DNA of 64,000 bases from Cetorhinus maximus (taxonomy: Eukaryota): the NCBI RefSeq assembly GCF_964194155.1, contig NC_135887.1:18228001-18292000 (forward strand), read 5' to 3'. A program made the translations under genes and the position numbers. The notes under the pieces were generated by a model, which saw only the letters and a program-made list of their open reading frames with translations, made no database searches and was not told the DNA's origin. Positions within the stretch are counted from its first letter, which is position 1, and each line of letters opens with the position of its first letter. This document shows, piece after piece, positions 1 to 13,760 of the stretch.

Positions 1-1588
1 TCAGAGAGCCAGCACAGACTTGACGGGCTGAATGGTTACAGCACAGAAGGAGGCCATTCTCTGAAATAATTTAAAATTCTATGTAAATTGTTTAATATAT
101 GCCATACAGAGTACGAATTCAATGTTGTATCAACACAAACAAAGGGAACATGGAGGGGTTTTAGTCATTCCATCCAATGCTACTCAACACAAAACCCCCT
201 GAAATCTTCATTTCCAATATTTCAACAGTCCATTTCCAGCACTTTGTGAAACCTCTGTGGTACACAATCATGTTCTAAGCTACAGGAAGCACATTTACCC
301 ATTTAAAAAAAGTGACCAATTACAAATCTCAAATGAGGTTCAAATGCTGCATCTGGATAACTATGTTGCAATTGGAGGATGCCTTCAATCCAGCAGTCAC
401 ACTTCGAGAAAAGGCAACATACTAGAATTTTAAAAATAAAAAACTGGTGTGGCTATATATTTTAAAAAAGTTGTGTCTATAAGACACTGTATGTGCAATG
501 GTTTGTGGAGTGCCTCCATTGTTAACCGTCGACTCAAGCTTGGCATGTAGTATCAATCACATGGTCAGCATGGGCAGATTCCAAACCTTAAGCAGAAACC
601 AGTCAGAACATCCCCCCTTTCAGTTAGTGCATTTCAGAAAAAGGCAAAGATTACACTATAAAATAGCTCATCAGTGTGTTCACCTCCCTACAATCCTACA
701 CATCTCCTGCCCTGCCTCCCATCCACTTATTTCTGGCTTGAAGCCTTGCCAGCTTCCGACCCATTCACCCCTGTGACTCAATCCAGGCTGTTAGCTCAAG
801 GTCATCCATTCGTTTGGCATATTTTAGTCGTAGCACAGTGACCTGCAAGCTCCAGATAAGGAGACGATGACTTCAACACCAACACAATTTCAACTCAACA
901 TCAGAACCAGGAAGAACACAAAAGGGGCAAGAGCAGAATTGTGCGTGTCCCCACATTACACAAATCTGTGGATCAGCTTGAAACTTTGGTCCCCAGTACC
1001 CCGGCACACTAGCGCACTGGCGCCAAAAGCAACATCACACAGATGCTCCGGTACAAATGAATGCAGAAATCTCTCTCAGGCTCCAGTAGCATCCTCTTAA
1101 TTCAAGTGTTATGCTGCAAATTGAATCATTCCATTTATGTTGCAGCATTAGTTAATGCATGAGCAAACATCCCATCAATCCGAATAAAGCCTCAGCATTT
1201 AGCTAATCTTATAATTGTGTCTTGTCTTGAAACTGGAAAACAGCTTCTCTATCTGACAGAAATTTGTCAAGAGTATTAAATCATGACAAAAATAGTTAAA
1301 GATGCTCAGACAGGAACGGATTAAGTGGAAGAAGCATATACGGTTATTCTGCTTAAGCCCCACCCATATCATAGAACACAGCATTGAGAATCATACATAT
1401 ACCATCGTAGTCTGTCTAGTACTAGGTCAAGTGGAAACCTAGAAATTTAAAAACAATTGCTGATAATAAATTTGGGAAGGCATGACAGAGATTGTGAAAA
1501 CGCAGTCATATTCTTTAAACAGTTAAATTTATTACAAGCATGTTAGCATTACACACTGAAGTACATTGAATACAAATAAATAACATAC

Positions 1589-1726
1589 CTGGGTGACCCA
1601 TAGGGATTAGTGTTATGGCTGGACGTGACATGTAGGTTCTGCTCAATCCGCTGGTAGTTTCGAATCTGCGTAGGGACGGGAATCGGAGCCGACTCAGTAC
1701 GAGGGGATACTGGAGGTGGACACTGC
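1589..1726 (-). CDS. ULK2: ULK2 exon 16 (138 nt): [45 protein letters not shown](R)
   Basis: tcag|GCAGTG...ACCCAG|gtatgt. Confidence 0.95.
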
Positions 1727-3499
1727 CTGAAGTCAAAGCACACAACAGCTGGCCATGAGGCAGGAGTTAAAGCTCCTCGATGTATCTGCACCATTATCTG
1801 GCTATTAAAATATGAAGTATTTAAAAATATCTTGAGCAGCTGTTATGCGACATCAACCTGGCTAGCAGGAATCAGCAACAGCTCTGATACTCTCTTGTAA
1901 ACAATGCTCCACTTGAAATATAACTACTGATCGCACAAAACTCCCACAAACTTCCTTTCAACTTTGTCTGGGTGAACTAAGTAAGTAATGAAGTCCAACT
2001 TTAATGAAAGAGTGGGTGTTAACTAGATATGAAGCTCTGCTCTAAATTTGAAAAAAAACATTTACACAACCTTCCCTTTCTCTTCCCCCACCCAGCTGTA
2101 TCAGATTACATAAACCCTAGAAGTTCCAAGAAAACAAATACAGGCAACGTCACTGGGAACGCTCTGTTCCAAGGCAGTACCAAATGGTATACCAGAATCA
2201 AAAGGTGGTGATCAACATCACAATGAAGTAAGACAAAAAAGTAAGACAGTAAAGATAAAAGAAAACTGAAGCCAGTAACACAGTTCAAGGCAAATATGGT
2301 TCGTCGCAGGGGTGTTTCTGAAAGGCAGCAGCTTATGTTGATAAACATGTCTGATTGACTGTTGACGTTCAGTTCCTCGTATTCAGTTTAACTTAATGAC
2401 CCCTGTAAAAATACCCCTGCTACAAAGTCTTATTTGCCTTCAGCTTGGCACGGAGAGATCCTTCTCAATTGACTTTCTAAGGACTTAATGAAAACACTAG
2501 CTGCAGCCAAAAGAACAGTAAAAAAAAAGGTTGCTCAAGTTAACCCTTCTCTAGCCAAATAGAAAGGCTGGCTGAATTATTTGCATATCCAGAGTGCAAA
2601 TGGTTAATGATTACTTCAGATCATCCTGAACCATGTGTACTCATGGGGAGTACTGTTGGTCATTGATCCCTCGCTCCACCATAAATTATGCAGACTTAAA
2701 TTTCAGCATCGTTTGAGAAATCAAGTACTTTCTATTTCTCAAATTCTACTTATAACATTTGAAGTTTACAGAACATTGTAACCAGCCCTTACAGAACATC
2801 CTGCTTACTAAATAACATTTAGACTTTCAAGTGTAAAATCTAAAAGAAGACATTCTTTTTGTGAGGGAGGGGTGTGATCATAATTATTTCAATTCTTCTA
2901 TATTTTTGACACCTGGATGAAGAAGAGCATCATAGCCATGCTGCACAATGCGGGCTGGGGAGAACAAAAAAATGAACTGACGGTTGACATCCATGTAGTA
3001 TTTCACAGTTACCAAAATGAAGAACAAGTTAGTGTAAGAAATACACTTTAAATGACTCTTACTGAGAGATGTGCATGAATTGGTAATATAGTTCATGAGT
3101 AATTCCACCTAATAAAAGGCAAGAAAATAACTGGAACATCTTTCTGTATTATGTTAGAACGACAGTGGCAGGCAAAGTATATCCATGCAGTTAAAATGCT
3201 TTTCTCTATAAATCCACCGAGACCACTCCTTGGCTGAGAAGAGCGGTAATCTACCGAATATAAATCTCGGGAGAATATGGGAGTGGTGCGGAGTCACTAT
3301 TACAGGCCACATGCCTCTGCAACATTCCACAAGAAATTAATTGCACAGGGCAAGAGCCATGTCCTATTAACTTATACATGCACCACCATGCCCGAGCTGT
3401 TTATGATAAAACAAGATGAGAAGCAGCATTTATGCTATGCTGAACAAATTGACAAGAGCAAGTCATTTACCAAAACATATGTACAGAATGGTTAAACAA

Positions 3500-3735
3500 G
3501 AAGCCTTTGAAAACAGGGATCCTCATGTGTTGTAACCAAGGGCAGTGAAAGCTCAGTCACTGAGCATGTTGAAGACAGAAATCGACAGATTTCTGGATAC
3601 TAATCACATAAAGGGATAACGGGTTTGCGCGGGAAAATGGTGTTGAGGTAGATGATCAACCATGATCTAATCGAATGGTGAAGCAGGCTCGATGGGCCAA
3701 ATGGCCTACTCCTTGCTCTTATGTTCCTATGTAGC
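3500..3735 (+). mobile_element. CR1 LINE 3' end fragment
   Basis: Resembles the 3' end of the CR1 at 31150-31385 (gacagaaatcgacagattt ... gatgggccaaatggcctactcc ... tatgttcctatg). Confidence 0.75.
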
Positions 3736-4499
3736 GGTTAAATGCCAGATAAACAACAAATCTTCAGGTTCAATCTCTAATATTTCAAGTCTGCGCTCTT
3801 ACTGTTAGAGGGTGGCAACAGTGGCGGAGGTAGAATTTGCCTCAGCATACCTGGGCATTTCTTGGGTGGAAGGACAAAACTCAGACTCAATTCCTGCCAC
3901 TGACCCCTGCTGCAGAGTATGCATGTGAACCCTGGATGATAACAGACACCCTTCACACTCAACAATCACACATTGATAGAATGGTCATTTGGGTAGAGTA
4001 CTTGGAGCTCAGCCAGTGTCCATGAAACCCTACCCAAGCAATATTCAGCACCTTTAGAAAAGGAGAATAGGAAAAGCAAAGTCTCGAAAAATATTAAAAT
4101 CTAATTAGAGCCCCAAGTAAAACAGGATTCTACTCTTAGCAGAAAATGAAGTGCAATAAAGGAGATTGTTTCAATGAAATAGTTAATCTATTTAAATTAT
4201 AGCCCTGGAAAACTGAATGCACAACTTCCTTTCCTGAGGCAGACCTTTATAAATGAAAGCTACAGCCTCCCCTTACAACAGTGACTGAGGCTGGGTTGAT
4301 TCAAGAGAAGTCAGTACCTTGCTCGAGTGGCCATGCTTTATTTGTCACACCAAGTGGTAGCTGACTATTTGACCAAGATGGGCATAATTCTATCTTCAGC
4401 TTACATCCACATCAGAAGGTTGTCACATACAGATCTCCAGTAGGGACACTTGCTGTTTTTAAACTCCCAAAACTGGAAAAGCGTGAAGGGTTTTCTAAA

Positions 4500-4740
4500 A
4501 GGGAAATTTGTTGAGACTTGGGTTGATTCTTTTCCCCAAAAGGCTGTGGGTGTTGGGGCCAACTGAAATTTTCAAGACTGAGATCGACAGATTTTTGTTA
4601 GATTCAGGGTGTCAAGTGATATGGAGCAAAGGCAAGTAAAATGAAGTGGAGATACAGATCAGGTATAATTTGATTGAATCATAGAACAGGCTTGAGGGGC
4701 TGACCAGCTTACTCATGACCCTACTAATATTCCTATGCAA
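4500..4740 (+). mobile_element. CR1 LINE 3' end fragment, degraded
   Basis: aaggctgtgg ... caagactgagatcgacagattttt ... caggcttgaggggctga. Confidence 0.7.
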
Positions 4741-5102
4741 GAGAAATGGAGGTCAAATGTAGCACTTTCACTGCAAACCTAACTTTAATTCTTTTTATTT
4801 ACAAACATATACCAATTAATTCCAATGCCATTTCCATAATTGTGGATTTTAAATGAAGCAATGGCATAAGAATGATTGTTATTGAAATGCAACTATGAAA
4901 ATTCATCTGTGTTGCTCAGTCAGTCCGAAGGTCAAACAAAGAAGAAAACCTAAAACTCCTCTTTAGAAAAAACACACAGTATCAAAACAAACTACTCAGT
5001 CTGCCACTCATGCTTATGAGTTATAATGTCACCAAGTGCTTATTCTGCATAAACCACTGGCCACTCGCTAAGCAGACTAACAAAGTTGAATAAAATTTGG
5101 AA

Positions 5103-5575
5103 CAGAACCACAGAATTGTTACAGTGCAGGGGAGGCCATTTGGCCCATCATGTCTGCACTGGCTCTCTGAATGAGCCTTTCAGCTACTGCCTTTCTCCTG
5201 CCTTCTCCCTGTAATCCTGCACATTGTTTATTTTCAAATAATCATCTAATTCCCTCTAGAATGCCTTGACTGAACCTCCACCACACTCACAGGCAGTGCA
5301 TGCCAGTCCCTCAGCACTTGCTGCGTGCTTATGCTTCTTTTGCTAATTATTTTAAATCTGTCGCCTTCTCGTTCCCGATCCTTTCACGAGTGAACAGTTT
5401 CCTCCTATCTACACTGTCCAGGCCCCTCATGATTTTGAATACTTTTGTCAAATCTCGCCTCAGCCTTTTCTTCTCCAAGGCAAACAGTCCCAACTTCTTC
5501 AATCTACCTTAATAACTGATGTTTCTCATCCCCGGAACCATTTTCTTGTAAACCTCTTCTGCACTGTCCCAAATC
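5103..5575 (-). mobile_element. CR1 LINE 3' fragment
   Basis: Reverse complement of the CR1 C-terminus and tail (ggaggccatttggcccatc; cccctcatgattttgaatac; aaacctcttctgcac). Confidence 0.75.
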
Positions 5576-7139
5576 CACAGCTGACTGGGGCGAACACATA
5601 CACATTCCTTAATAATAGACTTGGGTGCAACTGTGCAATAAACAGGTGTCCAATGATCCAGTAAAAATCAAGTGCTCTGTTTGTAATCCACAGTGGTTAA
5701 AGCCGTTGGCAGAAGTCTGTGACAAAAGCTCAAAAAGTAAAACCCGAGTTTCTGGGCTAGGCAGCAATGTAAACAAACTTTTTTTTCGATTCCCCCCCCC
5801 ATTTAAGTGTTCTTCCAAACATTTTATCATTCCCTGGCCAAAAAGGTGGGTAGGCATCATTCTTCCAGATCTCTCCACTGCTCTGTAATTAGCTGCTAGG
5901 AGAGGTGTAGGCGCAGTGCAGTCCACTCACTCACTAATTTTTTCCCTCCCTTATTGTAGGGAAGCTCCTTTGTTTGGCACCTTCCCAATAACTTGGCCAT
6001 AAACTGGGAACTCACCGCCATGAACACGTATCCCATTACTCCGTGGCGTACTGCATTGATACACCAACCCATTGTGCCACAGGGATGTGGTTCCAGTGGA
6101 TTCTTAAAGGAAGAAAAACTGCATTATCTTACATACACAAAAAAAACTAGAACAGTCAGCACCTTCTCAATCTTCAATTGCACTTTCTCATCAGCAATGT
6201 ACATCATGTACATATTTATGAAAAATGTGACCTTATAGTTACCACTGAATAGAGCGCTGAAGCAGTTTTCCCCCTCAACTAAATTTAGATTTTTTTGTAT
6301 TGCTAAATAAAGGTGTTGATGCAGGGAAATGGAGTAACTTGAAATTCTGTCTTTTGCAGCCTTCAAATTAATATTTCACTTACAAATGAATACTTATCAA
6401 TATGCACGACATAAAATCACCTACAAGACAGCAACAACAATTTTTTTTTCGCCCGTCTACCCCAATCTCTACTGCAGTCAAGTTCCATGTGCACTGGTAG
6501 ATCTTCATTATCTCTGTTAAATGGCTATTCAATTGGAGTACAGTTATCATACATAGGCAAGCGACTTACTGAGAGACACATAATAATTCACAACAACATC
6601 CACACACACATATACATTTTCCTTTGGAGAACAATGGTACTTTTTGACTGAATTTAGTGCTAAGTTGATGTCCTAGAAATCAGCGAAACACAGACCAAAT
6701 ATTAAAACTGGACCTTTCTGATCTGTACCACACCAGCTGGTGTATTTAACCATTGAGCCATCAAGGGAGTTAAAACATAACTCACTTGCATTAATTTAAT
6801 AGAATTAAATGTTTATAAGTAGAAACTAAGCCCAGGCACATTTGTTGACCTCTCCAGGAAATTTTCTGCATTTCAGACACTTGCTGTAAAGTCAGTTACA
6901 CTGCTAGGCTGAAATCAACATGTTTGACGCAGGCCAACAACAAGAACACAATGATCCACACAACTTCATGGGTGCAATTTAAACACCATTCTTAATATTT
7001 ACACCAACTCCTCCAGAAAGCAAATTCCAAGTCTCATCTTGGTGCTCGATGAGCAAAGAAAAGCTAACTTTGTTTGAAGTGGACAACTTCCACACAACTC
7101 AAATGTAGCTCACGACAGGCCAAACAAAGAAGCAAGAGA

Positions 7140-7535
7140 AGAAATCAGTTAACGTTTCGAGCCTTCATGGCCCTTCGGCAGAACTGCAGCATAGTTTCAA
7201 CAAGGGAGAAATATAAATTGGTTTAAGGTGGGTTGAGGGGGGGGAAGAGACACATTGAGGGTGTGGTGTGAGCAGATAATCAAAAGATGTCATAGACAAA
7301 AGGGTCAAAGAGGTGTTGAAGGTGGTGGTCTTTGTCTGAGAAAAGTGCTAATTAAGAATGGAAAACAGGATATTCAAAGTACAGCTCTAGTGGGGGTGGG
7401 GTGGAAAGACTAAAGGTTTTAGTTTTAGATTTAAAAATAATGGAAATAGGTGGGGAACAATCCGCCGATGCTGCCAGACTTGCTGAGTTTTTCCAGGTAA
7501 TTCTGTTTTTGTTTTGGATTTCCAGCATCCGCAGT
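7140..7535. mobile_element. Penelope-type terminal-repeat remnant with internal inversion and a hammerhead-like motif
   Basis: 7140-7460 lies on the minus strand (hammerhead-like motif 7147-7185), followed by the plus-strand tail gatgctgccagacttgctgagtttttccagg. Shares sequence with 23513-23760, 43905-44010 and 61137-61195. Confidence 0.6.
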
Positions 7536-7684
7536 AGCTTTTAGCTTTTTGTTTTTAAAGAAGCAAGATACTTTCGCCAGAGAACTGTCAATGTCTCACT
7601 AATTTTTAAAAATGTTTTGTTCTAAGTATGGTGGAAGTTGAAGGGTTAAATAGAATATTAAATATTGGCGCACTCAGTTGGTGG

Positions 7685-8030
7685 CTCCCCTGCCTGCAAT
7701 CAACTTCAGTGCAGCACAGAGGAAGTGTTGCATGTTAGAAGTGTCATTCTTTAGGTGATACATTAGCCCAAAAGCCCTGTGTTTCTACCTAGATAAAGTT
7801 GAAAGATTCTATCGCACTATTTGAACAGCAGAAAGTACGCCTGATGTCCTGGTCAACATTTCCAACTGCAACCAACATCATAAACAGACTAACTGTTTTT
7901 TCACCTCACTTGCCATTTGTGACAACTCACTGCTGAGGAAGCAGAAGCTGCATTTATTCGCACGACAGTGACTTCACTTCAAAATAAATTAACTGGCTGT
8001 GAGGATTTGCGACATCCTGAATATGTGATC
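7685..8030 (+). mobile_element. Deu-domain SINE, degraded
   Basis: Aligns by eye with 14757-15030 (gcactatttgaa ... gtcctggtcaacattt ... acagtgacttcacttcaaaa). Confidence 0.6.
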
Positions 8031-8289
8031 AAACACGATATAGATTCGTTCTTGTGAAACAACAGGTGCTTATTTTGGTGCATATCTGACACAAATTACT
8101 CAAGCTACAAAACCCTTTAAGAACAACTGTCGTGGAAAAAGTGATATCAATGCTAGCAGTCACTGTATGACGACGCTGAGATAATGCCAAAATGAGTGCA
8201 AAGATTTCTGAAGCACTAAAGATGGTACCAAAGTCAGTATAAGCAAACACATCTTGCTTTACAGATAGGTGCATCAATTTTTGCAACAG

Positions 8290-8555
8290 TAACTTATACT
8301 TAACAATCTAACGTAATAAAGTATCCTGAGGAGTTTCACAGAGCATTCTAAAACAAAATATGACACTGAACTACATAAGGAGGTATGAGGTCAATGACCA
8401 AAAGTTTGCCCAAGGAAGTAGGTTTAAAGGAGCGTCTCAAAGCAGGAAAGTGAGGTAAAGAGGCGGAGAGGTGCTGGGAGGGAATTCCAAAGCTTAGGGC
8501 TTAGGTTAAGTGAAGGCATGGCCACCAATGGTGGAGTGATTAAATTCAGCATGCT
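8290..8555 (-). mobile_element. L2-like LINE 3' fragment
   Basis: Same family as 23760-24220 (ggtttaaaggagcgtctc ... gggaattccaaagcttaggg). The minus frame has KLWNSLP. Confidence 0.55.
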
Positions 8556-9384
8556 TGTTTTTAAATGAACAGATTGATAGGATTTTGGATTATTCTGCAC
8601 TTGGTGCAAATCCACCAAAGGTTTTGGATTATTGTAGGCAGAAGCTATCCACAGGTGGATGCAACATAACATAAATATGAGGCTTTGAAGAATTTCTCTT
8701 GGAATTCCTAATGCTAAAAGTACAAAGAGTTTAAGAAATGTACAAAGGCCAAGAACATGGAGCTCAGTAGAAATGTCTTCCCCCTCAAAACTCCCTACAA
8801 TTATATAGAGGACACAATACGAAGGCCCAAGTAGTATTATTTCCATCCCACAAGCCAGCTAACTAGAGAACCCACAAATTAAATCAGTAGCAGGCTCTGA
8901 TCAGCATCATAAAATGAATAAATATACGCCACTTGTCTTTGTAAAATGCTCTGCTTTTACCATATGTTAGATTGACAATAAATTAGGCAAACTGGACAAA
9001 AAGAAAACAATAGGTTTTCCTGGTGCAACAGATTTCTCTATGGTTTGGATCCACCGCAGGAGGGAACAGCAAATGACCTTTAGGTATGTGGTGTGAATTT
9101 TGGATGCTTATACAAAAAGATTCAAATAACGTTTAGAACGATAGTGCCCGTCTGTAGAATCTGATAACTTCCATGACATGAAAATGATTTGTAGAATGAC
9201 TCACATATGGTACAAAATACTGCACTTAAAGGAATAATATTGGATGCTGATCATTGCATTACATTGCACTAACCCATCTTTGGCTTGTTAATACTTATGT
9301 ACTACATGGCAGTTAGTAAATATGATAAGAGGTAATTTTCAACAACAGGAGCTTTGATTTAGTGATGCCACATGACTAGGACTA

Positions 9385-10490
9385 TTTTTTCAAAAATTCT
9401 TTCATAGGACGTGGGCATCACTGGCAAGGCCAGCATTTATTGGCCATTCCTAGTTGCCCTTGAGAAGGTGGTGGTGCGCTGTTTTCTTGAACCGCTGCGG
9501 CCCATGTGCTGTAGGTACACCCACAGTGCTATTACGAAGGGAGTTCCGGGATTTTGACCCAGCGACAATGAAGGAACGGCAATATATTTCCAAGCCAGGA
9601 TGGTGAGTGACTTGGAGGGGAACTTCCAGGTGGTGGTGTTCCCATCTATCTGCTGCCCTTGTCCTTCTAGGTGGTAGTGGTCATGGGTTTGGAAGGTGCT
9701 GTCGAAGGAGCCTTGGTGAATTCCTGCAGTGCATCTTATAGATGGTACACACTGCAGCTACTGTGCTTTGGTGATGGAGAAAGTGAATGTTTGTGGATGG
9801 GGTGCCAATCAAGCAGGCTCCTTTGTCCTGGACAGTGTCAAGCTTCTTGAGTGTTAAGAGAGCTGCACTCATCTAGGCAAGTAGGGAGTATTCCATCACA
9901 CTCCTGACTTGTGCCTTCTAGATGGTGGATTGGGGAGTCAGGTGGTGAGTTACTCGTCGCAGGGTTCCCAACCTCTGACCTGCTCTTGTAGCCACTGTAT
10001 TTATATAGCGAGTCCAGTTCAGTTTCTGGTCAATGGTAACCCCCAGGATGTTGATAGTGGGGGATTCAGCAATGGTAATGCCATTGAATGTCAAGGGATG
10101 ATGGTTAGGTTCTCTCTTGTTGGAGATGGTCATTGCCTGACACTTGTGTGGCACGAATGTTACTTGTCACTTGGCAGCCCAAGCCTGGATATTGTCCAGG
10201 TCTTGCTGCATTTGGACATGGGCATGCTTCAGTATCTGAGGAGTCGCAAATGGTGCTGAGCATTTTGCAATCATCAGCGAACATCCCCACTTCTGACCTT
10301 ATGGTGGAAGGAAGGTCAATGATGAAGCAGCTGAAGATGGTTAGGCCGAGGATGCTACCCTGAGGAACACCTGCAGCAATGTCCTGAAGCTAAGATGACT
10401 GACCTCCAACAACCACAATCATCTTCTTGTGCTCGCTATGACTCTAACCAGTGGAGAGGTTTCCCCCTGATTCCCATCGACTCCAGTTTT
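9385..10490 (-). mobile_element. 5'-truncated CR1/L2-group LINE (RT C-terminus and 3' tail)
   Basis: Frameshifted ORF pieces FADDCK, NILGVTIDQKLNW and LKKLDTVQDK; A-rich tail near 9385-9400. Confidence 0.88.
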
Positions 10491-11490
10491 TAACAGAAAC
10501 AGTATTGTGGCTTTCCATAGGATGTTGTAAATATTGATTCCCTTTCTTTTCTCAAAAATATGTCAATTTCGCCCACAAAAAAGTGTGTTCTCACCTGAAA
10601 AACTAACACAGATTATATATATTTTTAAACTATAATCTATCAACTCTTTCAGGTATTACTACCTGGGCACAAATGTCAAAAAATTGCAAATTCACTTTGG
10701 TTTCTTCCAAGTCTAGTCTCAGATGACTTCAAGGTGGCCCTCTAACAGATAATTAAATACTTGGGGGGTGCAGGGGGTGGTTTTACGCTTGTTTTGTGCC
10801 CAGATTTGAGTGGAAACGGGCTGAACCAGTACCAAAAATTGTTGAATTTAAAACGTAGGTGCGTTATGCCCAAAGACACTTAAACTCATGTTTTCCAGGA
10901 TCTTTCATACTGGTTCAAGATTCAATTTGCTCCGATCATGCCCCAGTTACATAAATTGGCCACACTCCCAAAGTCAAAATTGATTCACCAGTTGCATTAG
11001 TTTGGGAAGGCCCTTCAAATTGTACACATTTTCTTGGGCACTTGTTTTACATTAAACATCTGTGATATGGAAAACCTTTATGAAGAAACTTACTAGTGTA
11101 CACCAATGAACCTATGAAATATATTTTTAAAAACATTTTCAATCAGGTTACCCACAGACAAAAGACTGGACACCTTTACTTGAAATGATTCCTTCTGGTG
11201 ACAAACACACTGTCAACTATATTAATAAAGTTTCCCCAGTTTACCACTCTTAAGTACAAAGAATTTTTTTTTATAGAAACAACTGTGTTCAATTACACTG
11301 CCTGATTGCATTAGTTCATGGAAGATTTTACATTTGTAATTATGCAAATTAATTTTAGTGGGAACTTAAAAGTATAACTTAAATAGCAAAATTTCAAGTG
11401 TATTTTGTGAGTAATTTCGCGATTGTGTTCAAAGCGGAAACTCTATCCCCGGATGCTTATTCCTTTATAGACTCTACATCATGGTCCTAC

Positions 11491-11583
11491 CTGTTGGCCG
11501 AGCTAGAAGAGCTTGACCTGGATGAGGCTGAGGAAGGTCTCTGCAGAGCTGCTGAGCCCCCAGAAGAGGTTAAAGGTGACTGC
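11491..11583 (-). CDS. ULK2: Predicted extra ULK2 exon 15 (93 nt, phase 2-2): QSPLTSSGGSAALQRPSSASSRSSSSSSAN(R)
   Basis: Polypyrimidine tract then tcag|GCAGTC...CAACAG|gtagga. Open in the required frame, GC-rich within an AT-rich intron, Ser-rich. Confidence 0.78.
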
Positions 11584-13196
11584 CTGATAAGTAGGTAGAG
11601 ACAGAAAAATCGAAGATGCTGATTTAATTTTCTACTTTGCATCTAAAATTTGTCTTGTGAACTTGAGTATTTCAGCCTCAAGGCTCATACCTCAACACAC
11701 CCTCCTTCTGGATGGTTAAGATTAAACATCTGCCATGAACTTTTTCTCAGGACTTTGAGAAAATACGGCTCGAAGTAATATCAATTTTTATTTTGCCACT
11801 GAGTTACACATCTTTCACCGGAGTAAAGTTCATAGTCAATGAAAACTTGAATTTTTGATACAGCTAACGTGCCTCTACTTTTTGTAATCTTCATCGCTTG
11901 GATTGCTATTTGCATCTCAGCATTTAAAAACTAATAAATATATTTACTAAAACAAAAGTATAATTTATTATTCAGTCATTGATACCTAAATTATTAAAAA
12001 ACTAGAAAGAACTTGGGAACTGATGCAAATCGAAAATGTAACTGAATATTTATTGTACTGAGATGCAATGCTTCATTTTAAAATTTGCAAGAATTCAGCA
12101 TACGTTTTTGTATTTTAACAATATTGCTTTACTCAAGTGAAGAATATGTTTAGACATCTACACAGTTTAAACATGCAAACACAACAGTGTGCCATGTAAA
12201 GCAACATGGAGCTATGTTTGTTACAGAGTAAGATGCACTGTTTTTCTTCTAAGGTTGCAAATACTGGTAAAGAAGTGCATTCCACAAATGAGGCTAAATT
12301 AACAAGTTGTGTGCGTGTCTGACAATTCCAAACATCACGTTTTATCAAGTGAATAATTGTTGAATTAATGAAACCGTTTCTCAAGAATCTCAATAATAGT
12401 GAAATATTTTAATTGCTTGAACTCCATCGAGTGCTTTCGGTCTTACACAAAGATTAATACAGATAGTTATATGTTGAGATTAGGCATTAGATAAGAACAC
12501 AATACACAGTCCAAAGTGAAGAAAGCCTTTAGCTCAACCCACCCATACATCGTTTTATAAACTCCAATTCTCACCACACCACCCAATCACACAGTTGATC
12601 CTCCAAAAGAAACACACAAGCCTCAAAATCACTGTTGCAAATATTAATAGATAAAGTATTTTTACTGCACCCCTTTGTATGGTTTTTATTGAAAAGATTA
12701 AATCATGTTTTCTAAATGGACTATCCCCTTTGTTTAAACAGTAAAGAGAAAGGTCCCACTAGATTACTAATGATTCATTTGGCATTACTGTTATTTCTAC
12801 ACCCAAGTTCCGCGTCCTATCTCCTCTGGTAAAAAAGAATCAAACATGCTATTAATCCCCAAGCGATGTTGATTCAACTCCTTTTAAAGGCAATTCCAAA
12901 TCAGCAATCTTCTTTGTGAGTTCACATTTCTACTATCCTGGAAGTTGGGGAAGGGGACAAATTCTAGTTCAGAGCTTTTCTTCAACATAGTGAAATTTCG
13001 AACTTGTGTCTCCTCTAATCCTCAGCAATCGCTGCCTAAGTAACAAACTTAATCACAGCAACTACGCTTTACCTGCAGTTTAAAAAAAAGCATCCTGTTC
13101 ACATCATGATCTCCAATGACTAACACTATTCCAAGTCATTCCTCCATCACTACTAAACAATCACAAAGTACAGAATTTTAGTTGACTGGTACGTAC

Positions 13197-13257
13197 CCTC
13201 CACACATCAAAAATTCACTGGAAGCTCGTCTGCCAACCGTCCCCAATGGCATGTCAT
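13197..13257 (-). CDS. ULK2: ULK2 exon 14 (61 nt): (Y)DMPLGTVGRRASSEFLMCG(G)
   Basis: gtag|ATGACA...TGGAGG|gtacgt, ends in phase 2. Confidence 0.93.
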
Positions 13258-13627
13258 CTACATAAAATTTCAGAACAGACTTATGAGCATAAACTATCAG
13301 AAACACCAAAACCTTTCCAAGGTGAATACAATGGTTAAAGATAGCTAAGTATTTACATGTATTGGTTAATACGAGTGTGATAACTTTGAAAGAAAGAGTT
13401 GGATCTTTAAAAAAAACAATGCAATTACGTAAACAATACATCTGATAGATACTTTCTGGTCCTCTATTTATTTTACAAGATCAGGGTTACAACACAGTAA
13501 ACGTTTGTGACAGATTATGTGAGTATAATTAATTAGGAATAAGTAGCAAATCCAGTTTCAAACCCAAAACAGCTGTTCGAAAAGACCTAATTTGAACCCA
13601 TTCAGCATCATCTGCCCATTTAATTGT

Positions 13628-13760
13628 CAACCTTGGGTCAACTGGAACATTCTTGCCTCTTTTGAGATTTAAAGGCCAAATTCAGAGACTTAATCTAGGC
13701 TGACTCCAGTGCAGTATTGGGGAGTGCTACATTGCTGGAGGTGCCATCTTTTGAATAAGT
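13628..13760 (+). mobile_element. Deu-domain SINE 5' fragment
   Basis: ctaggctgactccagtgcagtattggggagtgct ... ggaggtgccatcttt resembles the reverse complement of 40390-40440. Confidence 0.55.

Noticed and set aside
8424-8846. 140-aa hydrophobic ORF
   Set aside because: It runs into an L2-like fragment and is likely a chance ORF.
10770-11400. Possible old DNA-transposon remnant; a similar impression at 58270-58870
   Set aside because: I could not define termini or a second copy by eye.
11398-11598. Plus-strand acidic ORF (LLAELEELDLDEAEEG)
   Set aside because: It is the antisense shadow of the Ser-rich ULK2 exon.
12130-12400. Possible additional exon or splicing element (TGCATG on the minus strand near 12172-12177)
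   Set aside because: There is no convincing splice-site pair, and a single hexamer is expected by chance.
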